From the NCBI GenBank assembly GCA_964270895.1, contig OZ185435.1: a DNA stretch of 64,000 bases; one strand, 5' to 3'. Below, one piece after another: positions 35,701 to 47,949 of this stretch. The position numbers were made by a program, and so were the translations under genes. The DNA comes from Podarcis filfolensis (lineage: Eukaryota). The notes beneath the pieces are model-generated. The model made no database searches, had not been told where the DNA came from, and worked only from the letters and a program-made list of their open reading frames with translations. The first letter of the stretch is position 1. Each line of letters opens with the position of its first letter.

Positions 35701-38700
35701 TTTCACAAAATATAAGGGGGTTGGATCCCCTGTGACTTGAGCATTGTTGGGTTCTAAAGTAGTTCAATCTATAATAATACAGGCAGTTTCATATTGTCCA
35801 CTCAACAGAGTTAAACTTTCATGTATCGTTATGACTACCCAAACTCAAAAGGCCTACTTTTTTCTTGTATTTTGTGACTGCATGGAGGACAAACACAACG
35901 AGGTTTCCCTAGAACAGGGGTGGGGAGCATGTAGCTCTCCAAATACTGCTGAACTAATTTACAAAATCCCCTGACCTCTGGCTGTGCTAGCCAAGACTAA
36001 TGAAAGTTTGAGTACAGCAACATCTGGAAGGCCACAGATCCCACATCCTAGCCCTAGAGCGCCTGTTGAAGTGGAGCTGAAACCTAATGAGCATCTTAAT
36101 CTGAGTAACTGATTATGACAATTACAAGATATTCAGAAGCTAACAAGATCAGAAAGTTCTACTCAGTTGTCTCTCTCCATTAATGGGCAGTACTCTGCAC
36201 TAGCAGAGGCTTCCATGAATGGAAGGGAAGCAGTTTTCATTATCTTCTGGGGGCCACCTGCCCCATCAACCTCCACAATCCTTTGGAGCAGACCAGGGAA
36301 GGTCTACGGACTGCAGAGAGATGGGGGGAAATCAGCAAACAATGCCTGCCCCCATTCCATTAAAGGAATCCTATATTGGATTAAAGAGTCTTTGGTGAGT
36401 GGAGGGACACAACTGAAAACAAACCTATTTACCAGAAATTCTCCAAAAAACACACACCACTGAAGTGAAATAGGAGGTGAATTTCTGGAGGAAGCAATAC
36501 ATTCATGTGATGTGTGTACATGTTTGGTGGATGGATATTTAACAAAACACTCTAGGCTTGAAGGCTGATGGCTAATCAGAATTACATCATTACCGAAAGC
36601 TCAGAACATTATGTAAAAATGTGCAACAAACATCAACTGGAACGACAATGAGCTCACTGTCCTAGTGCTTTATTTATAAAACAAATGTGCTTAAGAATCT
36701 AGCAACCTTTGTCAAACCTGTTATAAGTAGAATGTGTTCATGTGCATGTGTGCACGCCATGCTAAATCAGCAGGAAAGTCCTCTTTCTTTGGATCAATTT
36801 TTACTACTGCCTTCTGATAGTTTGGGAGATTTCATGAATAATACAATACCTAGAGAATGAATGACTATGGCTCTTAACACAGAACTTGCATCCTATAGGA
36901 ATGCTGCCTGTTGATTTTATCTTTTGCAATACCCAGCAGTGCAGAAAAGATACTGATGGTGTTCCTGATTTGGCTATTCTTGGCTGCTTCAACAATGAGG
37001 CTACAGATACAGTTATGTAAGTTAGAGCAATCCTCAAGCTGCATATTTCATGAATGAGATGCAGAGGCTCTTAGCTCAGCAGCATAAAAAACAGACTGGA
37101 GGAACATCTAGTGCAGCCCACTAGAACATAAAAGTTATGCAATCTGATTGTGTGTAAAATGTGTTCATTAGTTGGGTCTTACAACCATGGAGCTATTTAT
37201 TATGAGGAAACGAAGGTACAGAGAAGTGATGAGACTTGACCAAGGTTGTGAGTCCAGAATTTCCAATTCCAATCCAGCTATCATGAGAAGGGTGGATTTC
37301 CCTCCCTTCTGAGTAATAAAAAATTACCACCCACACTCTCCAAAAACAGACAGTGTTGCAGATCAAGCTATGGGTTAGATCAACTTTAATTCAGCAACAG
37401 CCTGTGCTAAACTGGCAGAATAGGCAACTGGGCTCACATACCAGGAGGATACTTTCACAGAAAAGAAAACTTTTCCCCAGATAGGTATGCAGAATCCATA
37501 AACGAGAAGCAACTGCCAGGTGTCAGTGAAGGCATTCACTCTGACTCCACTAAGGCTGTGTCCAACTATCTTGAGCAAGAATTTCTCCTTACTTTATTGA
37601 TTCAGTAATAATACGTAATTGTTCCTAAGGCTTCTGTGTGACAGGATCTGTTCTCCTCCTGCCACTAGATTGCCGAAATATATCACATATGCACTGTCTT
37701 TAATTCACTGCATCACTGTGCATCTGGGAAGGGCTTATAGAACTTTGAAATATTTCCCCTTCTAACTCTACAATTCTATGACTCTAGGATATGAACATTC
37801 TGGCATGTCCTGTGGATATCATATAGATATATATATATATATATACTACTCCAGAGTTTGGGTGGGGGGTGAATAGGTACAAGTAGAAGTGTAGGGGGCT
37901 GAAGAAGGGGGTCATATTATTGCAGTTTACCATAATACCAGTGCATCTAAAGAACCAAATTCTGAAGTCTCCACGGTCTCTTCAAACAGCAAACCTCTCA
38001 GGAAGAATTACTTACGTCTGTGGAGCTGGGGCTGGGCAGGGACACAGGATGAACAGTTGCGGGGAAAGAAAATGTGGTCTCTGTCTTTTCATTTTCAGGG
38101 GAGTCAGGATGACTGGACAGAGGGGATGTGGGGGTCAGAGCCCCAAACCCCAGCACCGTGTTGTATTTAGGTGGACGACCTACACATTAACAAAAGGGAA
38201 CAAAAAGGGGAGGGGAAATAATCTTACATACCTTTGGCCAGTGCTCCTCATTGGCTAGCATGAAAAAAAGGAAGTGATGTAGTACAGAGAAGAAGTTAGT
38301 ATTATAGTCACGAGTGAAAGAAAGCCAAGTCAGGACTGTAAAGTTATTTTTAAGACACTTAAAGGAGAATTGTGTAAGGAAGGATGGTATCACAAGAGAG
38401 AAAACACATGCCTTCAGAAAGAGCGCTACTCCCAATATATCTCTATAACCACACTAATGTCTTTAACTTTTAACTTACCACCCCCAAATTCCACTGGCAA
38501 AGAAAAGCTGCCATGATTTCTACCACTCTAATTTATCATGGTATCTCCATCACATTGTTATGACCATTGGTAAATCACCCTCAGTGAGCCTAAGGTGAAA
38601 CCTACATCTAAATACCACCTTTGTGCTAAGAAAAACTCACAACATTCCACAAATGCCAGAGAAAATTACGGCCTGCAACCCCATGAGATCTCTCTCAGCA

Positions 38701-39337
38701 AAAGGAGCTGTATGGTAGCCTAGGTGGGAGAAAGCCTCAACAAAGCAAATCTGCAAGTATGAAGAGTTAAGATAAAATCCTATCCTGCTGACTGTAGGAA
38801 GATATAACTCAACGATAAATTGTGCTATTATTCCAAGTGAAATCACAACACTGTAGGAGACACCAATCTTTGTCTTTTGCATTACCACTACTCTGATTGA
38901 TGAGAGGCATATGCTCAGAGAGGAATATATATATATATATAAAGATATTTAAGCAGTCAATAAGTGAAGCTAGAGACTGAGAGAAGAGGCAGGAAGATCA
39001 AATTAAACATGCATAGTAATCATTATCTTCAGTAAATGGCACCTAACAACTCTGATGGAAAGTGGCACTGAAGGCCAATGCCCTCTGTGTGTTGAGGGAC
39101 AGAAAGCCAACATCAGTGCAAAAAAACCCAGTACATCCAATTTTGCTTCAGGTGAGAAACAAATTATGCAAGGAAAGAAGGGCTCCTCTGAACATCTGAT
39201 CTCCTGGGGAAATGCACTAATAGCTGAACTGAGCAGTTATGGCAGCAATTTTTGGGTAAAGTAAAGCCTGCTCAATATAAACTGCAATGAGACCATCACC
39301 TTATTTTCAAAATGCCAAAAGCTGCCAAAGACTAATA

Positions 39338-39386
<49 letters not shown>

Positions 39387-41294
39387 TCAGGCACTATCAT
39401 TTTAAGCAAATTCAAATCAGTGGGCTAAACAGAAAGAGACAAATGCACTCTACTGAAACTGCTGAGCTACCTAATAACTCACCCAAACACTCATGTGCAT
39501 GAACACACTCATCCTACTAGGTACATAGTGCATATATCTTTTAACATTTGAAATATCAAGTATTATACAACTTATGTCCTCTGACCTGGCCATTTGTTTT
39601 TGAACAACAGGCCCAGGAGCAGAGGAAACATTAGAAAGCATTACAGAAAGGGCATTCAGTGCTCACCCATGATATTTAGCACTGAACAGAGTCAAAATAA
39701 ATTAATCTCAAAGCCAAGCTTAGTTCTACTGTGCAACTGGCTGGCTCTAAGAACACAGCAACCACCACACAAGAGCAGATCAGTAGTAACTTGTCTCAGA
39801 CACAAAGCAGACATGCTTGGTGATGTATTAGCAACAACAAGCATTGATAATATAGTACCTTTCTGATTCCTGGCCATCAACATACATTCTCTGGTGATCT
39901 TAGGGTCACCCAAAGCATTGGGAATTAACTTAACCTCTCTTGAACTCAACCATGTCGATAGCTGTCACAACCTACTGAAGCAGAGGGCTTCATCTCAAAA
40001 CTTCAAAAACTGTGCATCATCTGCTTCTTGGAGGCCAAACAACACTTAAAGGTTCAAGATGCAGGGAGAATGCAGAAACCTTCCCTCCTCAAGGAAAAGT
40101 GTTTCTGAGCAAACCTTCCACAGTTCACACCATCTCGTTTTCAACTGGGCTCTCTTTCCTTTAATACTAGATATATTGTTCACAGTGGAAGCAGCACAGT
40201 TTAGATCAAGGGATAAAATAGATATCCCAAGTTCTTTTCTTGTTCCATGGATTGGCTGCCCCATGCTCTGCTTTACCTGCCTTACAGTTTTACATGGACA
40301 ATTTCTAAAATACATCTCAGGACTGGCTTATATGCAGTTTGCCAGAGTTTTCCATTTGCAACATTACTCCTAACCCTTAACAGTTTACAGATACACACTA
40401 GGGCACATGAATAGATATGACCATGTTACTACTGCCTTTTTCGTTAGTATTTTAATCAATGTTTGCCTTTGCTGGCATGGATTAGTAACCTGTAAAGTGG
40501 GGGGGGGGAGTATGCAAATGGAAAACTAGTGAACTGCACGTGTAGCAGCCTAAACAAAGTCTGTACGTTAAAAACGGGGAAATGGCAGATTACTGGTGCC
40601 ATTCCACAAGCAAGATCAAGAATTCGGAACCTTGAAATCTAAGGAGAAAATTGGGTGGGAAGAATTTTGCAAGCATCCCTGTAATAATTTTAAGAGTACC
40701 ATGGTTGCCACACGATTTCATCAAAAATCAAGTAACTCGCCTTTCAAAGAAACCTGAACATGTTCTTAACAGCACAAGAAATAATTTCATTTCATAAACA
40801 GTGAGTCCTAACATAGGACCAAACTCACTTAGTCACTACAAGGGAAAAGTCTCAGAATGGGAGCTCAGTTACCACCTTGGCACCCCCCTTCTAGTCTGCA
40901 TGACGGGTTACATTTACTAATCTGGTAATCTGGGTTGGGAATCTTTACTGGCCCAAGACAGTTTACAAACAGGAAATTCTCCCATTTATATCCTTATTCA
41001 TTCCAGATTACCCCCAAAGCCTACCAACAAAGGATGCTTCTGTAGAGTAGCTGCCTACCAGGGTTACAGCATACCTATGATGTGTATTCAGTACCACAAA
41101 ACTATTTTCTATATTGTTATATTTCAGTCCAAAAGAAAGGGAAATAAACATACAAGGAGGTGCTATTATGAGACACCTACCTCGTTTACGTGTCCCAGGA
41201 TGCATTGTGCTGTTCAGGTATGTGACTGCGCTCTTCTTGCGCTTTACAGAAGAAAGGAAGAAAGTAGTCAACTGTTTTGGCAAGTGAAAGCTAC

Positions 41295-41347
<53 letters not shown>

Positions 41348-44300
41348 GACTATATAAAAAATCTGGAAGAACACAAGTGTTGATTCCCATTGAAGCAAAC
41401 AGGCTTTTGCACTTAAATCCATAAATTTCAGTAAGAATCAAATGTAGGTTTAACTTTCTTCAGATTATGTCCATTATTGTTTCAGTGTTTGGATACTACC
41501 CTGTAGAAAAGCTAGTCTTTCACACAATTACGGGCAATGCTGATCCCACTTGTGATGAGAGAAATAATTCAATGCCAAGTCTGCAATCATGCCAGAGAAG
41601 AAGGAGGAGGAGGGAAGATATAAGGGAAAGAAAGCATAAAGTAGGAAACTTCTTTCTATTTATAATTGTCCTTCATGCTCTCTTGATGACAGTCCCACTG
41701 TCTAGCTTTGAATGTGATTGTTTTCATACGCCTAGAATGCTGAAGCAATGAGCAAAATGCTTTTCAGCAAGTTATTTACTTATTTTATAAGCAAAAATTT
41801 TTACCTCAGGCTCAAAGACAGCTCCACTGTACACTGGATTTGCTGTTGTCCTTCGTTTCCTTTCTTGTCGCTTACTTTGTATTTCTTGGGGAAAGGGTAG
41901 AAATAAAAGCATTTGTAAAGGGCACAAAGACCTCAATATCTAATATGAGCAAGTTAGGAATCAGGAACTATGGTTTCTGAAATGCTCTATGCAAACTTAA
42001 TTCTGAAGAAACATCCATATTATATAAATGGGTTGAAAGTAAAGAGGAAAGTGAAGCAATAGAAAGTAAATTAGCTAGAGAAAGTGTTTCCTGCGCTTCC
42101 AAAAGCTGATATTTTTATCTTCCACATTCTGTGCCACACAAAATTTGTTGCTGGCAACTTATTTCTGCCAGATTCAGGGAGTTGTTTGAAGACTGATTTA
42201 TTTGCTTGACTTATATCCCAGTATTTCTCAATGCAATGAGCCAAAGGTGGATTACAACTTCATATCAAAATACTGCAAACTTTTTTAAAAGTACAAAACC
42301 ATTTAAATATATTTAACCCAGGGGTGAGGAATCTCCAGGCCATGGGAGGCCGCTTTCCCCAAACCACACCCATGTGCCCCACACCTGACTTCATATGTGA
42401 CAACAGGTGTGGGGCAGGTAGAGATGTGGCTGCGAAAGCACAATTGAGAGCTTAAAGCATGTTCCCTGTTGTTCAAAGTGGAGCAGATGGAACTGCAGTG
42501 GGCTGATGGATCCGCTGTGCAGATGATATCTCTGCAGAAAGTAGGCTTGGTGTCACTGCCCACTGAATTGGCAACACAGCTGATCCTTACAGAAAAGAGA
42601 CTTGGAGTCACTGCCTTTCAGCTGGTGGGCAAAAACTTCAAGCCTCATGTTTTCTCTTGCAGCACACTTTGTTGCACAGAAATGAAAAATTAGTCCCCTG
42701 ACTTCATAGTGAGATCAGCTGATTGGCAGAGTTCCTGCCAGGGTTGAGGGAACCTAGGATCTAGCCTGCCAGTTAGAATAATTTCCCTTAGTTTAAACAA
42801 TGTGCTAATTAATTGATAAAGGAAATTAAGTTATTTGAAAAATAGTACTGTGGTGGTTCTGATATTGAAGAAACCATATTTGTGGCCTTAGATCTCCTAG
42901 TCAGAAACCTAAAAATCAGACTAGCATTTAGGATCATCATTCTATTTGGTCATTTTTTCAAGTCCAGGAAACAACTCATAATCTTGAACAGAAAATATTT
43001 CATTTTTAAAACTGATATTTTAAACTTTGATACATGGGAAAGTATGCACTCTAAGCAGAAATATTTGAAACTTTTACATTAATTCCAGAGCTCTGGAATA
43101 ATTTATGCAGCTCAATCCTAAACTTATTTACTTGGAAGTAAGCACCATTAAGTTAAATAAACTTTTTCCTTGATAGTGTGCAAAGATTGCAGCCATAGTC
43201 ATTTTTCTTACCTTCTAGATGGTCATGTGTAACCAGTCCAAGAGACACCATGAAGGCAAGTTTCTGTATCAGAAAAGAAGAAGAAAACAATTCAATCAAA
43301 TTAAAAGAGGAACGAAACTTCTTTTAATGTGAAATAGTAGCTAAAAAAAAACCCGATACAATTTTCACTGAGCAATTCTTCAAAAACATGCATCACCTGT
43401 ATATCTCAAATGGCACTTCATAAAATGAAGCAAATAACAGCACTATGTATCTTTATACAACTTGCATATCCCTAGTTCAAAGAGGAGGGTTGGCAAGCTC
43501 ATCTCTATGGATCTATGAGACTGAAGGCAGCTCCACACTTTACACAGAAGTCTTTATGCAGCAGGTATACTAGTTTTTTCTACAGCAACCTCATAAAGGC
43601 TGGACAACATAGATGCATATATGTGATTCCTAAAGCCTGACTAAGCCAGGGCTCCCAGAAGCATGGACTTGGTAGTTAAAAGATGAAGACACAATTGCAC
43701 CTGTGACTGCTGAATTACAATACATCAAGCACATTGCTATCACTTGTGGACTGACCTAAGACGAAATATTTGTTAGCATACTGAGTAAGATAATTAGCAT
43801 AACTATGCTTGGATGTCTGTATTACCAACAACTGCTAATTAGATACACTGTCTGTACTTCTCTGCATTTCAGCTTCCTCTGACCACTGTTTACAAATAGC
43901 CCCCAACTCTGCACCTAACAGTTCAGCTGCACCCTAGGCCTTTGCTGTCCATTCAAAACTAATTTGAAAAATTAAAAAAAATCCCTGTATAAACTTGCAT
44001 GTGTATCAGATATATTGTAAAATTCTCATGATTTTATGGTTTATCATTTTGTAAATTGCTTTGAGGTTTGTTTGTTTTTACAATCAAGCAATGTATAAAT
44101 GAATAAAATAATAAATAACATTATACTTTATGAAAATAGAACATAGTGTGATTTGAATTATGAAAGGCATAGTTATCTAACTGGAGATTACTTGAAACCT
44201 GAAAACATGGAAGCCTTCCAGCACAAGCAGGGATTTCTGAACTGTCCAGATGATTGCTGCATAAGCTGTTTGCTCAGAACATCACAGCTGTATGTATCTA

Positions 44301-46093
44301 TTTTAAAGAGACAGCCAAGTTATGCTATTCTTAGACTGCTATAAAAAGTTTTAGGGCATGAGAACCGTGAGATTCAAAAAGCAGTAGTTCACTTTCATCT
44401 CATCTCGCACAACTGTTCAGGTCAAGTATTTGCAGTCTATGATTTCTTAACTCCATGAACCATGTTTTAGAATTCAAGAGACTAGACCTGTGTGACAATG
44501 TTTGGCCTCATTCCCTTTCACTGTACATAAATCACATGGACTGCAAAAGGACAGCCACAGTGGAGCAAAAAAGTATTTCAGATTCTGACAATACTAAGTA
44601 AATTACCGTATTTTTCGTCCTATAGGGCGCACCTGCCCATAGGACGCACCTCGTTTTTTGGGGGGGAAATTAATAAAAAAAAATTATTTCCCCCCCCCCA
44701 GCCGCGGCTGCCGCCCCAAGCCTTGCGCACACCTGCCCGAAGCACGGGCACCCTCCGGAGGGCTCCGCGTGCTTCTGGCTGCAGGCTGCCGCCCCAAGCC
44801 TTGCGCGCCCGGCGGGACATCCCGCCAGGTGCGCAAGGCTTGCGGACACTCGCCTGAAGCACGGGGAGCGCTCCGGAGGGCTCTCCGTGCTTCGGGCAAC
44901 AGGCTGCCGCCCCAAGCCTCGCACGCTCGGCAGGACCTCCCGCCGGGCTTGCAAGGCTTGCGGACACTCGCCGGGGCTGCAGGCTGCTGCCCGCAAGCCT
45001 TGTGAGCCCGCGGGAACTCCCGCCGGGCTTGCAAGGCTTGCGGATAGCTTCCTGAAGCCTGGAGAGCGAGAGGGGTTGGTGCGCACCGATGCCTCTCGCT
45101 CTCCAGGCTTCAGCGAAAGCCTGCATTCGCCCCATAGGACGCACACACATTTCCCCTTCATTTTTGGAGGGGAAAAAGTGTCCTATGGGGCGAAAAATAC
45201 AGTAGTAAAAGGTGAAATCTCTTGGCTCATTTAATATCTTCTCCCTGTGCAGAGGGGAAACCAAGATCTCCCCCTTAAAAAAAATCAGAATTTTGATGGT
45301 AGAATATTGTCTAAATGGGCCCCGAGGGAGATTCACTAGTTCCAGTTGATTTTGTGTGTTGCTCAAGCTGCCAGAATCCAGGTTTCTTAGCTTGAGCTTT
45401 CTGAAAGATTTGCAGGGTGATAGCTATGTTAGCCTCTTGCAACAAAAAGAAAAAGAAAAGAAAAGAAAGAATTGTAGCACATTGAAGACTCACAAATCTA
45501 TTACGGTAGAAGCTTCTGTGGACTACAGTCCATTTCATCAGAAGTGTTTTTCTGAGTTGCAGGTATTCTTGGAAAACAAGCTGTCTGAAATGCTATTATA
45601 ACTCCACTCACCCAAGGAAAGAATAAACTCACCCAATCTCTCTTTTCTAACAGCTGGGGGAACCTTCACACACTTACTTAAATGTGTCATTGTCCCACAG
45701 AAAACAAAATAAATCCACAGGCATTTATGTTATTTATAATGTGTTATTTTCAAACTTACATGATGCAAATGTTCAGGAGCTTGATTAAACAAAAACCCTA
45801 TTTGTTGAAATGGATGGTTACCAGAGAGCTGTAGCTTTATTGTTAAATTTGTATAGGTATTAAAACATGTACCAGTCCAATAGATCTACTATGTGAATAT
45901 AATTTGGGTCTTATTATTTGTTATACAAACCATAATTATGAGATTTTTCACAGGGTGTATGTTCATCTTTGGTGTTTCATAACAGGAAAGGTTATGAAGG
46001 GGCAGCATCATGAAAGGCCTGGGAAGGGAGGGCTGGAGACACTTGGAGCACCTTCAAGCCGAGGTGTCAGGACACGCTCAGCTTTCAGGAAAG

Positions 46094-46141
<48 letters not shown>

Positions 46142-47914
46142 GATGAGTGTATTGGGCATCCTTGCACAAAATCTCTTGGGACATCCTTAAGCTCCCATGC
46201 TACCTTTGCAAAGGGGAGGGGCAGTCAAGGTGCCAGCGAATACAACTTTTCCTTAGTCAAACAAGGCCAACCGAAACATGTTTAAAATGTGCATGTGGGA
46301 TTGGAGAAGTTGCCGTGCGTGATGAAATCTGAACACTCAAAAGAGGTAAGGATAATTTGGGATTTCTATGTATATAGCACAGTAGAGCGAGCTGGAAAAG
46401 CCACTGTTCAAGCCTTACCTTAGACAAGAACTTAAAGCAAGGCTAGATTCTTTCAGCCTCCTTTCTGGAATATGGGGCCTCCATTACAGGGTTATTGCAA
46501 AAATTACTAAGAAAACATGAAGCACTTTGAACACCCTTAAGTGCTACATACATGCATCATTCTCATAAAGTCAGGAGCTTTTGCATTCTTTCTTCCAGCC
46601 CTGAAAATATTTGGTGAACTGGAATTTGTGGCTAGATATAGCATTCCTCAGACACATAGACCTCTTCATTGCAGCAATAACACTGTGAAGAATGTGAATC
46701 TCTTTTAAGAGGAAAAGCGGCATTAAAATGTAGATGAAAATAAGCATTTCTAAAGACAGATTTTTTTTAATCTGCCCAACCCCACAAAAGGATATTGTAG
46801 ATATTTGTACTAGTACCTGTGGGTTTTCTTCTCGTTTTGGTTTGGGTGGTGCAGGAGGAGCAACTGTATGAATCTCTGTTGGCTTCTCCTCTGTTTCCGC
46901 TTGGGGCTTGATAGTCTGAAAGGGAATCAACAGCAAGTGAACACGGGTTTCTTAAATTCCTAAACAAACAAAAACAGCGGCCAGTGTTTTTCTTTACCAA
47001 AATGAAGAAACGGATGGAAAGGAATCCGAACAATACACTAAATATTTTCCCCAAGAGCTCCTTTAAAAAGTGTGGTACATTTTAAGTAGTGAAAACACAA
47101 TCCCAAATAAAAATTACTATTTAGAACATCAAGGGTACAACTGCAACACTTAAGTAGCCCAATTCAGCAACTAGATCATGTAATAATAATAACTTTGCAT
47201 CTAAGCTGTGGATAAGAGGGGCTACGTATAAGAGAGACCTGGAAAACAGAATAACTACAGATGGGGTGACGTTTTGTGGAATAACATTCCATGAAAAGCT
47301 TGTCCAGACAACAATCTGTCTGAGAGATGCACCTTGCATCTCTCTCATTCATTATTCACTATAACAAGAATTTGCCTGAAGATAAGTTCTCCAGAATTCC
47401 CAAGTGCTGGGTTTTCCTGAAACTCATTCCTGCTTAGTGATGTCATAATCCCCTGCATATTGCATCATAAGTGCCTGCCCAATGATTCCCACTTTATGAC
47501 ATAGCTGTGACGTCACAAAATTAGATCCATCTGTTCTAAGATGACAAATATGTTTTCAATGTGTTTACTCAGAAATAAGAGAAACATAAAGAAATAACTT
47601 GAACCATATTGTTTGAAATTGTGAATTATTTTGAATTACTTCTCGGTCCCATTTACTAGACTGTGTGATCCCACTTGCTTGTTTGGATGAACCACAACTA
47701 ACACTATAACTGCAGTTGTGCTGAAAGAGCAGAGGGGGGAACTCAAGAACCTAACACTAAACTATGGTTTGTGGTTTGCGCAAACTAGACCAATGGTTTG
47801 ACAAGTGAGGATGAAACCTTGTTTCTTAATTGTTTTATTTGAAATGATGGTGGCCACTTTGGACATCTCCCTTAGAAAATAAAAGTAGGAGGGTGTACCT
47901 TTTATTATAAATAA

Positions 47915-47949
<35 letters not shown>

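Noticed and set aside
42487-42510. MELQWADG resembling the PHF21A start MELQ
   Set aside because: Wrong strand, similarity limited to 4 residues, inside a probable repeat
42319-42700. hAT MITE with CAGGGG...CCCCTG ends
   Set aside because: Flanks match only 4/8, so boundaries and class are not supportable
44620-45366. 248-aa and other long ORFs over the GC-rich MITE as a transposase or novel gene
   Set aside because: Open in several frames on both strands because of high GC and palindromy; no DDE/D or HTH motif
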